This document shows positions 9,208 through 17,963 of a stretch of 51,567 nucleotides of DNA, in pieces. The DNA comes from Bacteroidota bacterium. Lineage in GTDB: Bacteria; Bacteroidota; Bacteroidia; Cytophagales; Amoebophilaceae. The stretch spans positions 1 to 51,567 of the forward strand of contig JBCCTJ010000001.1 in the NCBI GenBank assembly GCA_039198585.1. Reading direction: 5' to 3'. The notes under the pieces were generated by a model, which was not told where the DNA came from, did not search any database, and saw only the letters and a list, made by a program, of their open reading frames with translations. Numbering within the stretch: position 1 is the first letter of the stretch; each line of letters begins with the position of its first letter. The position numbers were made by a program, and so were the translations under genes.

Positions 9208-9338
9208 CTCTGCCGAGATAAGCAAGAGAAGTCTATATGTATTGGCTTACTCTTTTTCTGAGCTGAGGATAGAAAATCATTAAAAAAAATAGATTATCTC
9301 CAAGCAGATTTAGCAGGATCGTGTAAAGTGTCAAAAAA

Positions 9339-9545
9339 GGAGCAGGCAGGAGAATGCAAAAATGTATAAATCATTAAAAAAAGCTTTATAGGGAAATCTA
9401 TTAACATCCTTCTAGATAAAAATTGTAAAAGTAAGGAAAATCGGTGAATTTTACCTCTTTTTTGCTTATGGACATGAACGGAAACCCTTCTGTAGAACCC
9501 ACATGGGATGTTTGTAAACAAAACGTCTCTACTTCTGACTGCCCC
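9339..9545 (-). mobile_element. MITE-like repeat, copy 2 (inverted orientation, shorter)
   Basis: The reverse complement starts ggggcagtcagaagtagagacgtttt. It contains aaaaaagaggtaaaattc, tttttatctagaa, ttaatagatt and ttttaatgatt in the same order as copies 1 and 3, and it ends ...ctcctgcctgctcc. Confidence 0.65.
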
Positions 9546-9737
9546 AAAAAAAGATAAGTTGCAGCCAAGCAAGATCATCTTCTTTGGATAGGTAAAGCAA
9601 AGATAAGTTGTTTAGTTTTTGCATTTTTAATGAGTCAAGCGAGCAATCCACATCTTATAGAGATTCAGCCAGTCGTCTATTCATTGCTATTTGTAGGCAA
9701 GTTGCACGAGTGATCAGCATCGTGTTTGAGCTGACTA

Positions 9738-10808
9738 TTATTGGGAATTTCGCTTGTAGTAACGTGGATCTGGCTCCAGATAAGTGCCAAAAAGTCTATC
9801 CATCAAGCCTCCTGAATAGTTACCTCCTCCCACTTGATGATGCTCTTCATGTCTTGCATTGAAGTTAGAGTGAGTAAAATTAGTATGGAACATCGAAATA
9901 GTTAGCCAGAGTAATAATAGCTTCTTAGAAGATCTTGTGTAATACATCCCCAGTACAGAAGGAGCGATATTGACGAATATATGCTCCAGAGGATGGCAAT
10001 AGAAAGCAGCAGGTCCTATAGGAGTAGTCCACTCATGATGTACTTTGTGCAAGCAATAAAGTCTTTTATTATGCAAAAGTCGATGTAAGGCATAAAATAA
10101 TACTTCATTAGCTAGATAAATTCCAAACAATCGCAAGAAGCTAACATACCATGTATTATCACATTCATTTTTAGGAAAATCATAATCTTTAGGAAAGAAA
10201 AAAGAAATGAGTGGATAACTTACCAGCTGATTGATCATAACCTGGACAAGCGTACCTACTGTAGAGGGTGGAGATGGCTGCATTGAGTTGAGCTTATATT
10301 TGTCAAACAGTTGAAAATAATCAGTAATAACAAAAAAAATGGAAGATCCCCAAAATGTAATCAGATGAAAGACATAAATATCAATATCTTCTACAAAAGT
10401 TTCCCAAGAATTAATTTGAAAATTAGGCCATTTTTTAGAAAAGTACATCCACGCTATTGTAGCACTCACAAGTACCACATCAGCCAGTATTCTATTGCTA
10501 ACTAGAGGGATCACTGGGTAGTTTTTGGGTAGCCGATTCGGCCTAGGGAATTTCGGAGGGTTTTTTTGCTGCTTGCTTAGTTCTTTTTGAGTCATGCTCG
10601 CTTGCGTAGATAAAGAGTCTATTGGGTTACCTCCATGTGCAGTTAAAGAAGAAAAACAAGTAATGATGCCTAGGATCATCATGCTACTTAGTAGTATATT
10701 TTTCTTGTAAAGAGTACTAGTAAAAGAAAATCTTTTAGGAAATTGAATGAATATTCTCTTTTCTTCTTGAATAAGATCGACAAAAGAGCAAGTTGATTGA
10801 TAGATCAT
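9738..10808 (-). CDS. Fatty acid hydroxylase / sterol desaturase superfamily protein with an N-terminal anchored extension
   Basis: Histidine boxes HRLLH, HKVHH and HEEHH with interspersed TM segments. A roughly 110-aa N-terminal extension carries a hydrophobic segment and the Pro/Lys-rich stretch KNPPKFPRPNRLPKNYP. Confidence 0.75.
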   Translation of the reverse strand: MIYQSTCSFVDLIQEEKRIFIQFPKRFSFTSTLYKKNILLSSMMILGIITCFSSLTAHGGNPIDSLSTQASMTQKELSKQQKNPPKFPRPNRLPKNYPVIPLVSNRILADVVLVSATIAWMYFSKKWPNFQINSWETFVEDIDIYVFHLITFWGSSIFFVITDYFQLFDKYKLNSMQPSPPSTVGTLVQVMINQLVSYPLISFFFPKDYDFPKNECDNTWYVSFLRLFGIYLANEVLFYALHRLLHNKRLYCLHKVHHEWTTPIGPAAFYCHPLEHIFVNIAPSVLGMYYTRSSKKLLLLWLTISMFHTNFTHSNFNARHEEHHQVGGGNYSGGLMDRLFGTYLEPDPRYYKRNSQ

Positions 10809-11089
10809 AATATGTGTAATGCAAATGGTAAAAATTTCTAATGCATGAGCATGTAGTTTGCAAAGCTAATTATCTGCTCCTAAAATTAAGGATTTCTCTT
10901 CAATTTTTTTCATAACAAAGTGTAACACAAGTACAAACCACACACCCTCCTTTTATTCAGGAAAAAAGTGTAGGATTCTTAGCTTAGAATGTCCAATTTA
11001 TGAGCCCAATTATCCTATTGTTAATAAAAAACATAGTATTGCTATAGAGCAAGAGTACAGTAGTCTCTAATTTTTTACACTAAACTAAA

Positions 11090-12067
11090 ATGAAAACAAC
11101 TAACAAAGTCAATCTTCCTCCTTTTATAATCAATGCACTTGCTAAAAACAGTCAAGAGCTGGAAGAGCACAAGAATGACGAGATGAGGAATGTAAACTGG
11201 GGCAAAAAACTATCCGGTATTCCACTAGCTTGGCAAAAAACAATGGGAGAAGATGTAAGAGTAGCCGTACTAGATACGGGGATAGACAGTAATCATCCTG
11301 ACTTAAAAGATGTCATTGCAGAGGTACGCGATTTTACAGGAGATGGCATTGAAGATATGAGTGGGCATGGTACTCACTGTGCAGGAGTAATTGCAGGACA
11401 GCCTATACAAAGTGAGTTCGTAGGTGTAGCTCCTAAAGCAGAGTTGATCATCGGAAAAGTATTAGATAACAAAGGACGTGGTAATGGAAAGTGGATCTGT
11501 GAGGCATTAGAGTGGCTTTTAGAAGGTGTAAAATCGGGATCAGATTATGCACCCGATATTATTTCCATGTCTCTAGGAGGTTATTTCCGATCGAAGAAAC
11601 TTTTTAAGGTCATTCATGAACTTACTGCCCTAGGTGTGCATATTGTCATTGCAGCAGGCAATGAAGGATCAGCTTATCGGAATAGCATTGGTGCACCTGC
11701 CTGTTATAGTTGTGGCATTGTGGTAGGAGCTTGTGATTCGAATGGAAATCCTTCAGGATTTTCTTCGCGGGGAGGAGAGATATTTTGTTTAGCTCCAGGA
11801 GATGAAATTTGGTCTACTTATCCTGGAGGAGGTTATGCTTGCTTGAGTGGCACTTCGATGGCAACCCCTTTTATTGCAGGATACGCAGCGTTGATTGTGG
11901 CTTATCACAAAATGAATCCCAATACAAAAACACCGATTCATAATGTCCATGACCTGAAGCTTCACTTCTTTAAGGATTTAACCCATCCTGGATGGCATAC
12001 GAACAATGGAGGCTATGGAGTATTACAAATATTTAAGCCTTTTTTTGACGTAAATCCTTTTGACTAA
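11090..12067 (+). CDS. Subtilisin-like serine protease (peptidase S8), cytoplasmic type
   Basis: Catalytic motifs VAVLDTGID (Asp), HGTHCAG (His), AAGNEG (oxyanion Asn) and GTSMATP (Ser) are all present. There is no signal peptide and no propeptide. The short N-terminal tail contains NLPPFI. Confidence 0.9.
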   Translation: MKTTNKVNLPPFIINALAKNSQELEEHKNDEMRNVNWGKKLSGIPLAWQKTMGEDVRVAVLDTGIDSNHPDLKDVIAEVRDFTGDGIEDMSGHGTHCAGVIAGQPIQSEFVGVAPKAELIIGKVLDNKGRGNGKWICEALEWLLEGVKSGSDYAPDIISMSLGGYFRSKKLFKVIHELTALGVHIVIAAGNEGSAYRNSIGAPACYSCGIVVGACDSNGNPSGFSSRGGEIFCLAPGDEIWSTYPGGGYACLSGTSMATPFIAGYAALIVAYHKMNPNTKTPIHNVHDLKLHFFKDLTHPGWHTNNGGYGVLQIFKPFFDVNPFD

Positions 12068-12087
12068 ACCATCAAAACTAGTAACAT

Positions 12088-12711
12088 ATGATCGTAAAAA
12101 AAATCGGTTTAATAACTAATGATCGTATTGATGAAGAAAAAGTAAGATCAGCAAGTGGAAAAAATATCAAGATCATCACTATAGCTCCATTATCTTATCT
12201 AAATGAAATGGTAGATAAGATTCTGATAGAGGAGGTAGATGCACTGATAGTAGATTATGATCTTAGAAATGATCATCATACTTTATACCAAGGGGCAGAG
12301 GTCATTAGAAGAATAGAAGAACAAAAGGAGGGTTTCCCACTCTTTTTAATAGTGGATGATCAGGGAATCGAACAAGCGGAAAAAGAGGTAGATAATGTAC
12401 ATCTAGTTTATGGAAAAGAGAGAGTTTTTACCAACGTAGGTCGCTTTTTAGAGCGAATTAGTAGACAAATCGAAAAAGAGAAGCAGAAAATACAAGCGCA
12501 AGAAGCAAGATTATTACAATTGATGCATCGAATTCATAGCCTGTCTGCACAAGAAGAGAGTGAAATAAACGCACTGAATTTTAGCCTAGAAAAAGGGATA
12601 AATAAGCGAAGGGCTAAGGATTTGAGTGCTATTACTTCATCCAGCCAGAAGAAACTCGCTAATATTCTTGCGAAAACAGATGAAATTCTTCATACGCTGA
12701 ACAAGTCATAA
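12088..12711 (+). CDS. Receiver-like alpha/beta domain fused to a coiled coil (putative adaptor or sensor)
   Basis: The N-terminal ~100 aa have an alternating beta/alpha pattern with acidic positions GLITNDR, ALIVDYDL and PLFLIVDD. The C-terminal half is heptad-rich (EKEKQKIQAQEARLLQLMHRIHSL...). The gene starts 20 nt after the S8 stop and overlaps the next gene through TAATG. Confidence 0.5.
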   Translation: MIVKKIGLITNDRIDEEKVRSASGKNIKIITIAPLSYLNEMVDKILIEEVDALIVDYDLRNDHHTLYQGAEVIRRIEEQKEGFPLFLIVDDQGIEQAEKEVDNVHLVYGKERVFTNVGRFLERISRQIEKEKQKIQAQEARLLQLMHRIHSLSAQEESEINALNFSLEKGINKRRAKDLSAITSSSQKKLANILAKTDEILHTLNKS

Positions 12712-13283
12712 TGTACTCTTTTAGAAGCAAAGCACCTAGGAGAACCTATGTAGGCCCTGAGCTCAGTCACTATAGAAAATATAAAAAACAACTGCGTAGT
12801 GATTTTAATGGACGTTGCGGATATACAGACTGTCGAGATTTTTGGTTTGGAGGAGTTTCTACCTTTCAAATTGATCACTTTAAACCGAAGTCGAAGTACC
12901 CAGACCTAACGACAACCTATGACAACCTAGTATATTCTTGTTCTTTTGCAAACAATGCCAAAGGAAGCGACTATAACGATGAGCTTTACTTAGATCCCTG
13001 CAAGATTGACTATAATGATCACTTTGAGCGAGATGATTATGGACAAATCCTCCCAAAAACTAGTTCGCAAGCAGCGCAATATATGTATAAAAAAATGAAG
13101 CTTTATCTAAAGCGGTATGGGATCATTTGGACCTTAGATCAGCTACAAGAAAAAATCAAAGCTGTTCATAGAGCGATTGAAAAAGTCAAAGAAGAGGAAA
13201 AGAGAAAGGTTTTACTCCAGCTGAGTTATGACCTTTCGCAATCTTTACAAGAATACCTTGACTATCTTGCTCTTAATCAGTAA
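12711..13283 (+). CDS. HNH (His-Me finger) endonuclease, TIGR02646/PtuB-like pattern, with a C-terminal coiled coil
   Basis: RCGYTDC...FQIDHFKPKSKYPDL...YDNLVYSCSFANNAKG is followed by a helical Lys/Glu-rich tail. The start ATG at 12711-12713 overlaps the upstream TAA at 12709-12711. Confidence 0.7.
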   Translation: MYSFRSKAPRRTYVGPELSHYRKYKKQLRSDFNGRCGYTDCRDFWFGGVSTFQIDHFKPKSKYPDLTTTYDNLVYSCSFANNAKGSDYNDELYLDPCKIDYNDHFERDDYGQILPKTSSQAAQYMYKKMKLYLKRYGIIWTLDQLQEKIKAVHRAIEKVKEEEKRKVLLQLSYDLSQSLQEYLDYLALNQ

Positions 13284-13483
13284 AGATGAATATTGTTTAG
13301 TTTCCCAACTTTGTACCTCCTATTAGCTAGGGATTCAACTGAGCTAATTAAAGTATCATGAAATATTTTTTTGAGATAAACAGAATATTTTGATATTCAG
13401 CCTTTACTTATTAGTTTCGAGGCTAAATAACTACTCTACTCATTAATTTTTATTTTTTGTTACTAATAACATAACGTTTCAGG

Positions 13484-14539
13484 ATGATTAACTACATAGC
13501 CACATCGCTTCAAAAAAAACTAGGCAACTGGGGATATCCAGTATCTATCGCTAACTATAAGATTGTACTATTCGCTATCACAACACTACTAATTGGTATT
13601 ACTAGCTATTTACTGGTAACCTACTTCTTTAGCCTACTATCAAAAAAATATGATAGTATAAGAAAAGTAGAGAGAATCAAACGTCGGATCACTTTTTTGG
13701 TTACTCTTATTTATTTTTTTCAAGGAGTATCTATGCTACCATTAAGCGTCGTGAGTGGTCTCTTAAGTCAGATTATTTGGTTGCTTCACTTTGTAGCTTT
13801 TAGTCTCATGATACTGATTGCCAATCAGCTAGTAGATATCATATTTGGTGTCTTAAATGATCAGTCTCAGCAAGAGTATGGTAATCAGTCAGGTATTCTA
13901 AGTATTTTGAAGAGTATAGCGAAAATAAGTACATTCAGCTTAATCATTATACTAGGGCCTAGGTTCTTTGTTATCTATGATCTATCCAGATGGCTTTCTT
14001 CTTTTACTATAGGAGCTGGTACACTAACTGCCATTGCGGCTTTAGCTTCTAAAGATTTAATTAGTAATTTTTTTGGTGCTTTAGTGATCATGATCGGTAA
14101 GCCTTTTAAAGTGGGCGACTGGATTATTATCAATAAACTAGCAGGTCGTGTTGTTAAGATTGATATTCGATCTACAGAGTTACGTACGGCACTTGGTACT
14201 TCCATTCATATTCCGAATGGGATGTTTGCTAGTAAAGATTTGGAAAATTATGGGCACGTATCATCAAGCCCTATTCAAATAACTATTGCGCTCATTACAA
14301 TTACAGAACAAACACTTGCTACTTTTTTAAAGGATATCCAAGATGTAATCAAGCAGTATAAGTTTCTAGTACATAAGCATAGCCATATTTATATGACCCA
14401 TGTAACTTCTAAGAACGCTAAAATTAATTTTCACTTAGCTTTTCAAGCAACTAAGACAGTAGATATCATCAAGCACACGCAGTATTTTTTGCATGAACTG
14501 CAAAGAATAGCTAAGGAAAGGAAAGTAGTTATTGAATAA
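13484..14539 (+). CDS. Mechanosensitive ion channel (MscS family)
   Basis: Multi-TM N-terminus and the conserved pore/beta-domain motif FGALVIMIGKPFKVGDWIIIN..GRVVKIDIRSTELRT..G..IHIPNG. Confidence 0.85.
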   Translation: MINYIATSLQKKLGNWGYPVSIANYKIVLFAITTLLIGITSYLLVTYFFSLLSKKYDSIRKVERIKRRITFLVTLIYFFQGVSMLPLSVVSGLLSQIIWLLHFVAFSLMILIANQLVDIIFGVLNDQSQQEYGNQSGILSILKSIAKISTFSLIIILGPRFFVIYDLSRWLSSFTIGAGTLTAIAALASKDLISNFFGALVIMIGKPFKVGDWIIINKLAGRVVKIDIRSTELRTALGTSIHIPNGMFASKDLENYGHVSSSPIQITIALITITEQTLATFLKDIQDVIKQYKFLVHKHSHIYMTHVTSKNAKINFHLAFQATKTVDIIKHTQYFLHELQRIAKERKVVIE

Positions 14540-14661
14540 TCTATCCTTTGGGAAGAAGCTGAATATATATCTATCACAAATGAATAAGCGAATAGAATAA
14601 GCAGCTTAATTAATAGGTGTTATAAGTAAGGCGATTTTTCCTTATTCGAAGAAATAAAATG

Positions 14662-15057
14662 GGTAACTTATAATTGATTATGGAAAATGAAAAAAATTAC
14701 TATTGTATCTAACTTTTAAACCACAAGAAATTATCACAAAAAACAAGTAGAAAAAAATCTATGCAGGCCTACCCAATCTCTTTCAAAGCGAGGATGATCT
14801 TAGCCTAAATGAGTTCTGAATTACTGTAATTAAGTCCCTGATGATTTTGCAAAGAGAAAAGTCTCTAAAAGGGTAAGACACTGAGAATGGTAGCTACATA
14901 ACAAATTTTAGATCACTCAGGACCAACAGACTACAAATTAGCATACCAAAATCCCGGAATAGGAAGTTCAAGCCTATGTCATTAGAACTAATCAATGCAC
15001 AGAAAGATCAGCTTAACCAACTATGCGTTCTACTCTATGAAACAGGATTATTATCTA
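14662..15057 (+). mobile_element. IS256-family element, 5' fragment only (copy A)
   Basis: It begins with the terminal repeat ggtaacttataattgattatgg, followed by the leader aaaatgaaaaaaattactattgtatctaactttta. It is collinear with the reverse complement of 42900-43359 and 26900-27324. Homology stops near 15057, within the N-terminal third of the transposase. Confidence 0.75.
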
Positions 15058-15164
15058 GGAACCTATAATTGATTGAACTTAGTTATACATTATTGCGTTC
15101 TCAAGAAAAAAGTAGTAATTCTTACTTGTTAGAATTAAGTAAAAGCTAAATAATAACTAGATTA

Positions 15165-15839
15165 TTAGTTCTTCATCTGAGGTTTTTTAGCCGAGTAAAA
15201 GTGGATAATTTTTTTCGTTGAAAAATAATACTCTTTAAAGTAGGCATCAATAGAATAAATATGATGTTTTGCAGGTATAGAAGCTAACTCTCCTGATAGG
15301 TCGCCGCCTTTAAAACAAAGCACGCCATTAGGAATAGTATGCTTATTATAAGCAGCAATCATCTTATATGTCCACTGATGTACCCTAGACAAAGTAGTAA
15401 CTGCACGAGTCACGATAAAATCATACTTTCTTCCGATCATGCTCTCTACTCGTTTTGCTTCTAGTGCTACATTTTTTAGCTGGAGAGACTTCACGATAGC
15501 GCTTGCTACTTTGATCTTTTTAGCAATACTGTCTACTAAAGTAAAATGTGTATCAGGAAATAAGATAGCAAGTGGAATACCTGGAAAGCCCCCCCCTGTT
15601 CCTAGGTCAAGAATATTAGTATGAGGTAAAAAATGGATAATTTTAGCAAGACTAAGACTATGCAATACGTGATGTAAGTACAAATGATGAATATCTTTTT
15701 TAGAAATGACATTAATACGCTGATTCCATGTATAGTAGAGAGGAGCTAGTTGAGAAAACTGTTCTTTTTGGTTCTGACTAAGCTGAGGAAAATAGTCATA
15801 AATTAAGTCAACTCCTTGTAAAAGTTGTGTAGTGTGCAT
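15165..15839 (-). CDS. rsmG: 16S rRNA (guanine527-N7)-methyltransferase
   Basis: ILDLGTGGGFPGIPLAILFP SAM-binding motif, with RsmG/GidB size and layout. Confidence 0.85.
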   Translation of the reverse strand: MHTTQLLQGVDLIYDYFPQLSQNQKEQFSQLAPLYYTWNQRINVISKKDIHHLYLHHVLHSLSLAKIIHFLPHTNILDLGTGGGFPGIPLAILFPDTHFTLVDSIAKKIKVASAIVKSLQLKNVALEAKRVESMIGRKYDFIVTRAVTTLSRVHQWTYKMIAAYNKHTIPNGVLCFKGGDLSGELASIPAKHHIYSIDAYFKEYYFSTKKIIHFYSAKKPQMKN

Positions 15840-15849
15840 AGTCGTTTAA

Positions 15850-17640
15850 CTAAGAAATAATCAAGTCTAGCTTTTGCTTAAGAGAGGCAATAACGGCGTT
15901 GTCAGTCACTAACTTCCTCAACTTTTCTCCTCCTGTGATACTACTCTTCGTAGAGCCAGTACTGGAAGGGTTAGTTAATTCCGCTTTTATTACAAGTTTA
16001 GGATTTGCTAATTGTTCTCTACAATAAAGGGTCAAATCTTTTTGAATAGATAAAAGCTCTTTTTCATGTAAAGGATTATACACTTGAATGATAATGCTGC
16101 TATCTTTGATCACGATAGGAAGAGAAAACAGGGTCACTGCTTTATTTTTTTCTTTTTTAAGCTTTTTTGCATAGTTCTTCCAGTGATTCATAACCTGTTC
16201 TTTTACTAATACACTATTAGAGCTATGATCACTTGCTGGTTTGGAAATGTTATGATGACTAGGAGGTGAAAGAGAAGCTTCTTGTATCTTTCGACTTAGT
16301 TTTTGTAAGGAAGGGGTTGCTTGACTAATGGGAGCAGCACTAATCGCTTGGTTATTTTTTTTTAAAGTAACGTTATCATTATTCAAATATTTTCCTGAAT
16401 TTGCTGTATAGACAGCAGCTGATTCGGCTACTTCATGTTCAGGTACTGACTCTTTAGTCGATAATTTGGCTGGGGAAACAAGGGGAGTAGTAGCTTGATG
16501 AAATTGCTTAACAGGCTGTTTGTCAACTATTTGTGTATGGTTGATTTGCACAGCTTTAACTAACACCAGCTCAATATAGAGGCGTGGAGAATAGGTAGCT
16601 CTGTAGTGGATAGAAGCTTCATGGAGCATAGTTAAAAGCTTATAAAGAAAGGCTTTATCGTTAACACGAGCAAATTTTTGGTATTGGTTTTGAAGGTGAC
16701 TTACCACATTCAGGAGCGAGATGGTAGTATGGGATTTTGCAACGAGAAGATTACGTAGATGCTGACTCCATCCAGTGAGAAATTGCTGCCCATGTAATCC
16801 AAGACGCATTACGCGATCATAAATTAGAAATGCTTCTTCGATGTTACCTTGATCAACAGCATCTGTTATATCAAAATAAAGAGATTCGTCAACTAAATGA
16901 AACTGCTGCAGTGCACGCTGATAAGTAATTTGCTGATCTACTTGCGATGTAGCTAATAAGTCAAACATAGAAAGAGCATCGCGCATTGATCCCCCAGACT
17001 TTTCGCTGATCAGTTCAAAAACAGGTAACTCTACGTTAATCTTCTCTTTCTTGGCTATCTTATTAAGCTCTTCGATAATATCTTTTTGCTTAATGCTATG
17101 AAAGTCAAATACTTGACACCGAGAGATGATGGTAGGAATAATCTTATGCTTTTCTGTTGTTACTAAAATAAAAACAATATGAGGGGGTGTGTCTTCTAGA
17201 GGTTTCAGTAAAACATTCAGGGCTGCATTGGAAAGCATATGAGCTTCATCAATAATAATTACTGTTTTTTTACCTTCGGGAGGGTGAAATCTCATTTGTT
17301 CTACGATACGACGCATGTCTTCTGCTGAATTGTGAGAAGCTGCGTCAAGTTCGTAAATATTCAATGATTTTTGAGTTTGAAACTGATAGCAATTAGTACA
17401 TACTTCACAAGGGTCCCCTTCAGGAGTGATTTTTTGGCAATTAATAGTTTTAGCGAGAATTCTCGCACATGTAGTCTTGCCAGATCCTTTCAAACCACAA
17501 AAAAGAAAAGCTTGCGCTATTTGGCCTGTTTTGATAGCATTGCGAAGTGTACCTACAACATGCTCTTGTCCTCTAATCTGAGAGAAAAGATGTGGCCGAT
17601 ACTTTCTTGAAGAGACAACAAAATTGTTCATAATAACCAA
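15850..17640 (-). CDS. dnaX: DNA polymerase III subunit gamma/tau
   Basis: RKYRPHLFSQIRGQEHVV, Walker A GLKGSGKTTCARILAK, zinc module CQK..C..C..C, IIDEAHML and SRCQVFDF. Confidence 0.9.
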   Translation of the reverse strand: MVIMNNFVVSSRKYRPHLFSQIRGQEHVVGTLRNAIKTGQIAQAFLFCGLKGSGKTTCARILAKTINCQKITPEGDPCEVCTNCYQFQTQKSLNIYELDAASHNSAEDMRRIVEQMRFHPPEGKKTVIIIDEAHMLSNAALNVLLKPLEDTPPHIVFILVTTEKHKIIPTIISRCQVFDFHSIKQKDIIEELNKIAKKEKINVELPVFELISEKSGGSMRDALSMFDLLATSQVDQQITYQRALQQFHLVDESLYFDITDAVDQGNIEEAFLIYDRVMRLGLHGQQFLTGWSQHLRNLLVAKSHTTISLLNVVSHLQNQYQKFARVNDKAFLYKLLTMLHEASIHYRATYSPRLYIELVLVKAVQINHTQIVDKQPVKQFHQATTPLVSPAKLSTKESVPEHEVAESAAVYTANSGKYLNNDNVTLKKNNQAISAAPISQATPSLQKLSRKIQEASLSPPSHHNISKPASDHSSNSVLVKEQVMNHWKNYAKKLKKEKNKAVTLFSLPIVIKDSSIIIQVYNPLHEKELLSIQKDLTLYCREQLANPKLVIKAELTNPSSTGSTKSSITGGEKLRKLVTDNAVIASLKQKLDLIIS

Positions 17641-17674
17641 AAATACAACTCCTCAAGAAGGATTGCAATTTTTC

Positions 17675-17719
17675 AAAAAAAGCCTACTAGGTAACTAATT
17701 ACCTAGTAGGCTTTTTTTG
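17675..17719 (-). terminator. Rho-independent (bidirectional-looking) terminator
   Basis: aaaaaaAGCCTACTAGGTAActaaTTACCTAGTAGGCTttttttt: a 14-bp perfect stem flanked by A and T runs, immediately downstream of the 17733-17963 ORF on the minus strand. Confidence 0.8.
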
Positions 17720-17732
17720 AAAAATAAGTTAT

Positions 17733-17963
17733 TTATTTAGCCAATACTTGATTTGCAATAAGGTCTGGAAGGACTTTTTCATTAATTTCGTCTAATCCCA
17801 TTCCAAGTTTTTGACCAAGTAACTCAAGGTTATTTACATCATTTGAACTTATACCAAAAGATACTTGGAAGTCATTTTCAGGAATGACCACATCATCATC
17901 ATATGGCAAGGAGTTACTGCCATTGATAAATAATGCTGCTGCCAATAAAATTGATTTAATCAT
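17733..17963 (-). CDS. Small secreted acidic protein, unknown function
   Basis: 76 aa with a signal-like N-terminus (MIKSILLAAALFINGSNS), followed by a strong terminator. Confidence 0.5.
   Translation of the reverse strand: MIKSILLAAALFINGSNSLPYDDDVVIPENDFQVSFGISSNDVNNLELLGQKLGMGLDEINEKVLPDLIANQVLAK

Noticed and set aside
9608-9862. The 84-aa ORF between the MITE and the hydroxylase gene, and the 66-aa ORF at 18795-18995.
   Set aside because: Neither has motifs. Their start codons are non-ATG or poorly placed. The first overlaps the 3' end of the 9738-10808 gene on the other strand. The second sits in a long AT-rich spacer with no supporting signals.
15058-15080. A second IR-like sequence (ggaacctataattgattgaac) right after IS copy A, considered as the start of a further IS copy.
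   Set aside because: Only about 14 nt resemble the terminal repeat, and no transposase-leader homology follows. This is too short to distinguish from chance or a small rearrangement scar.
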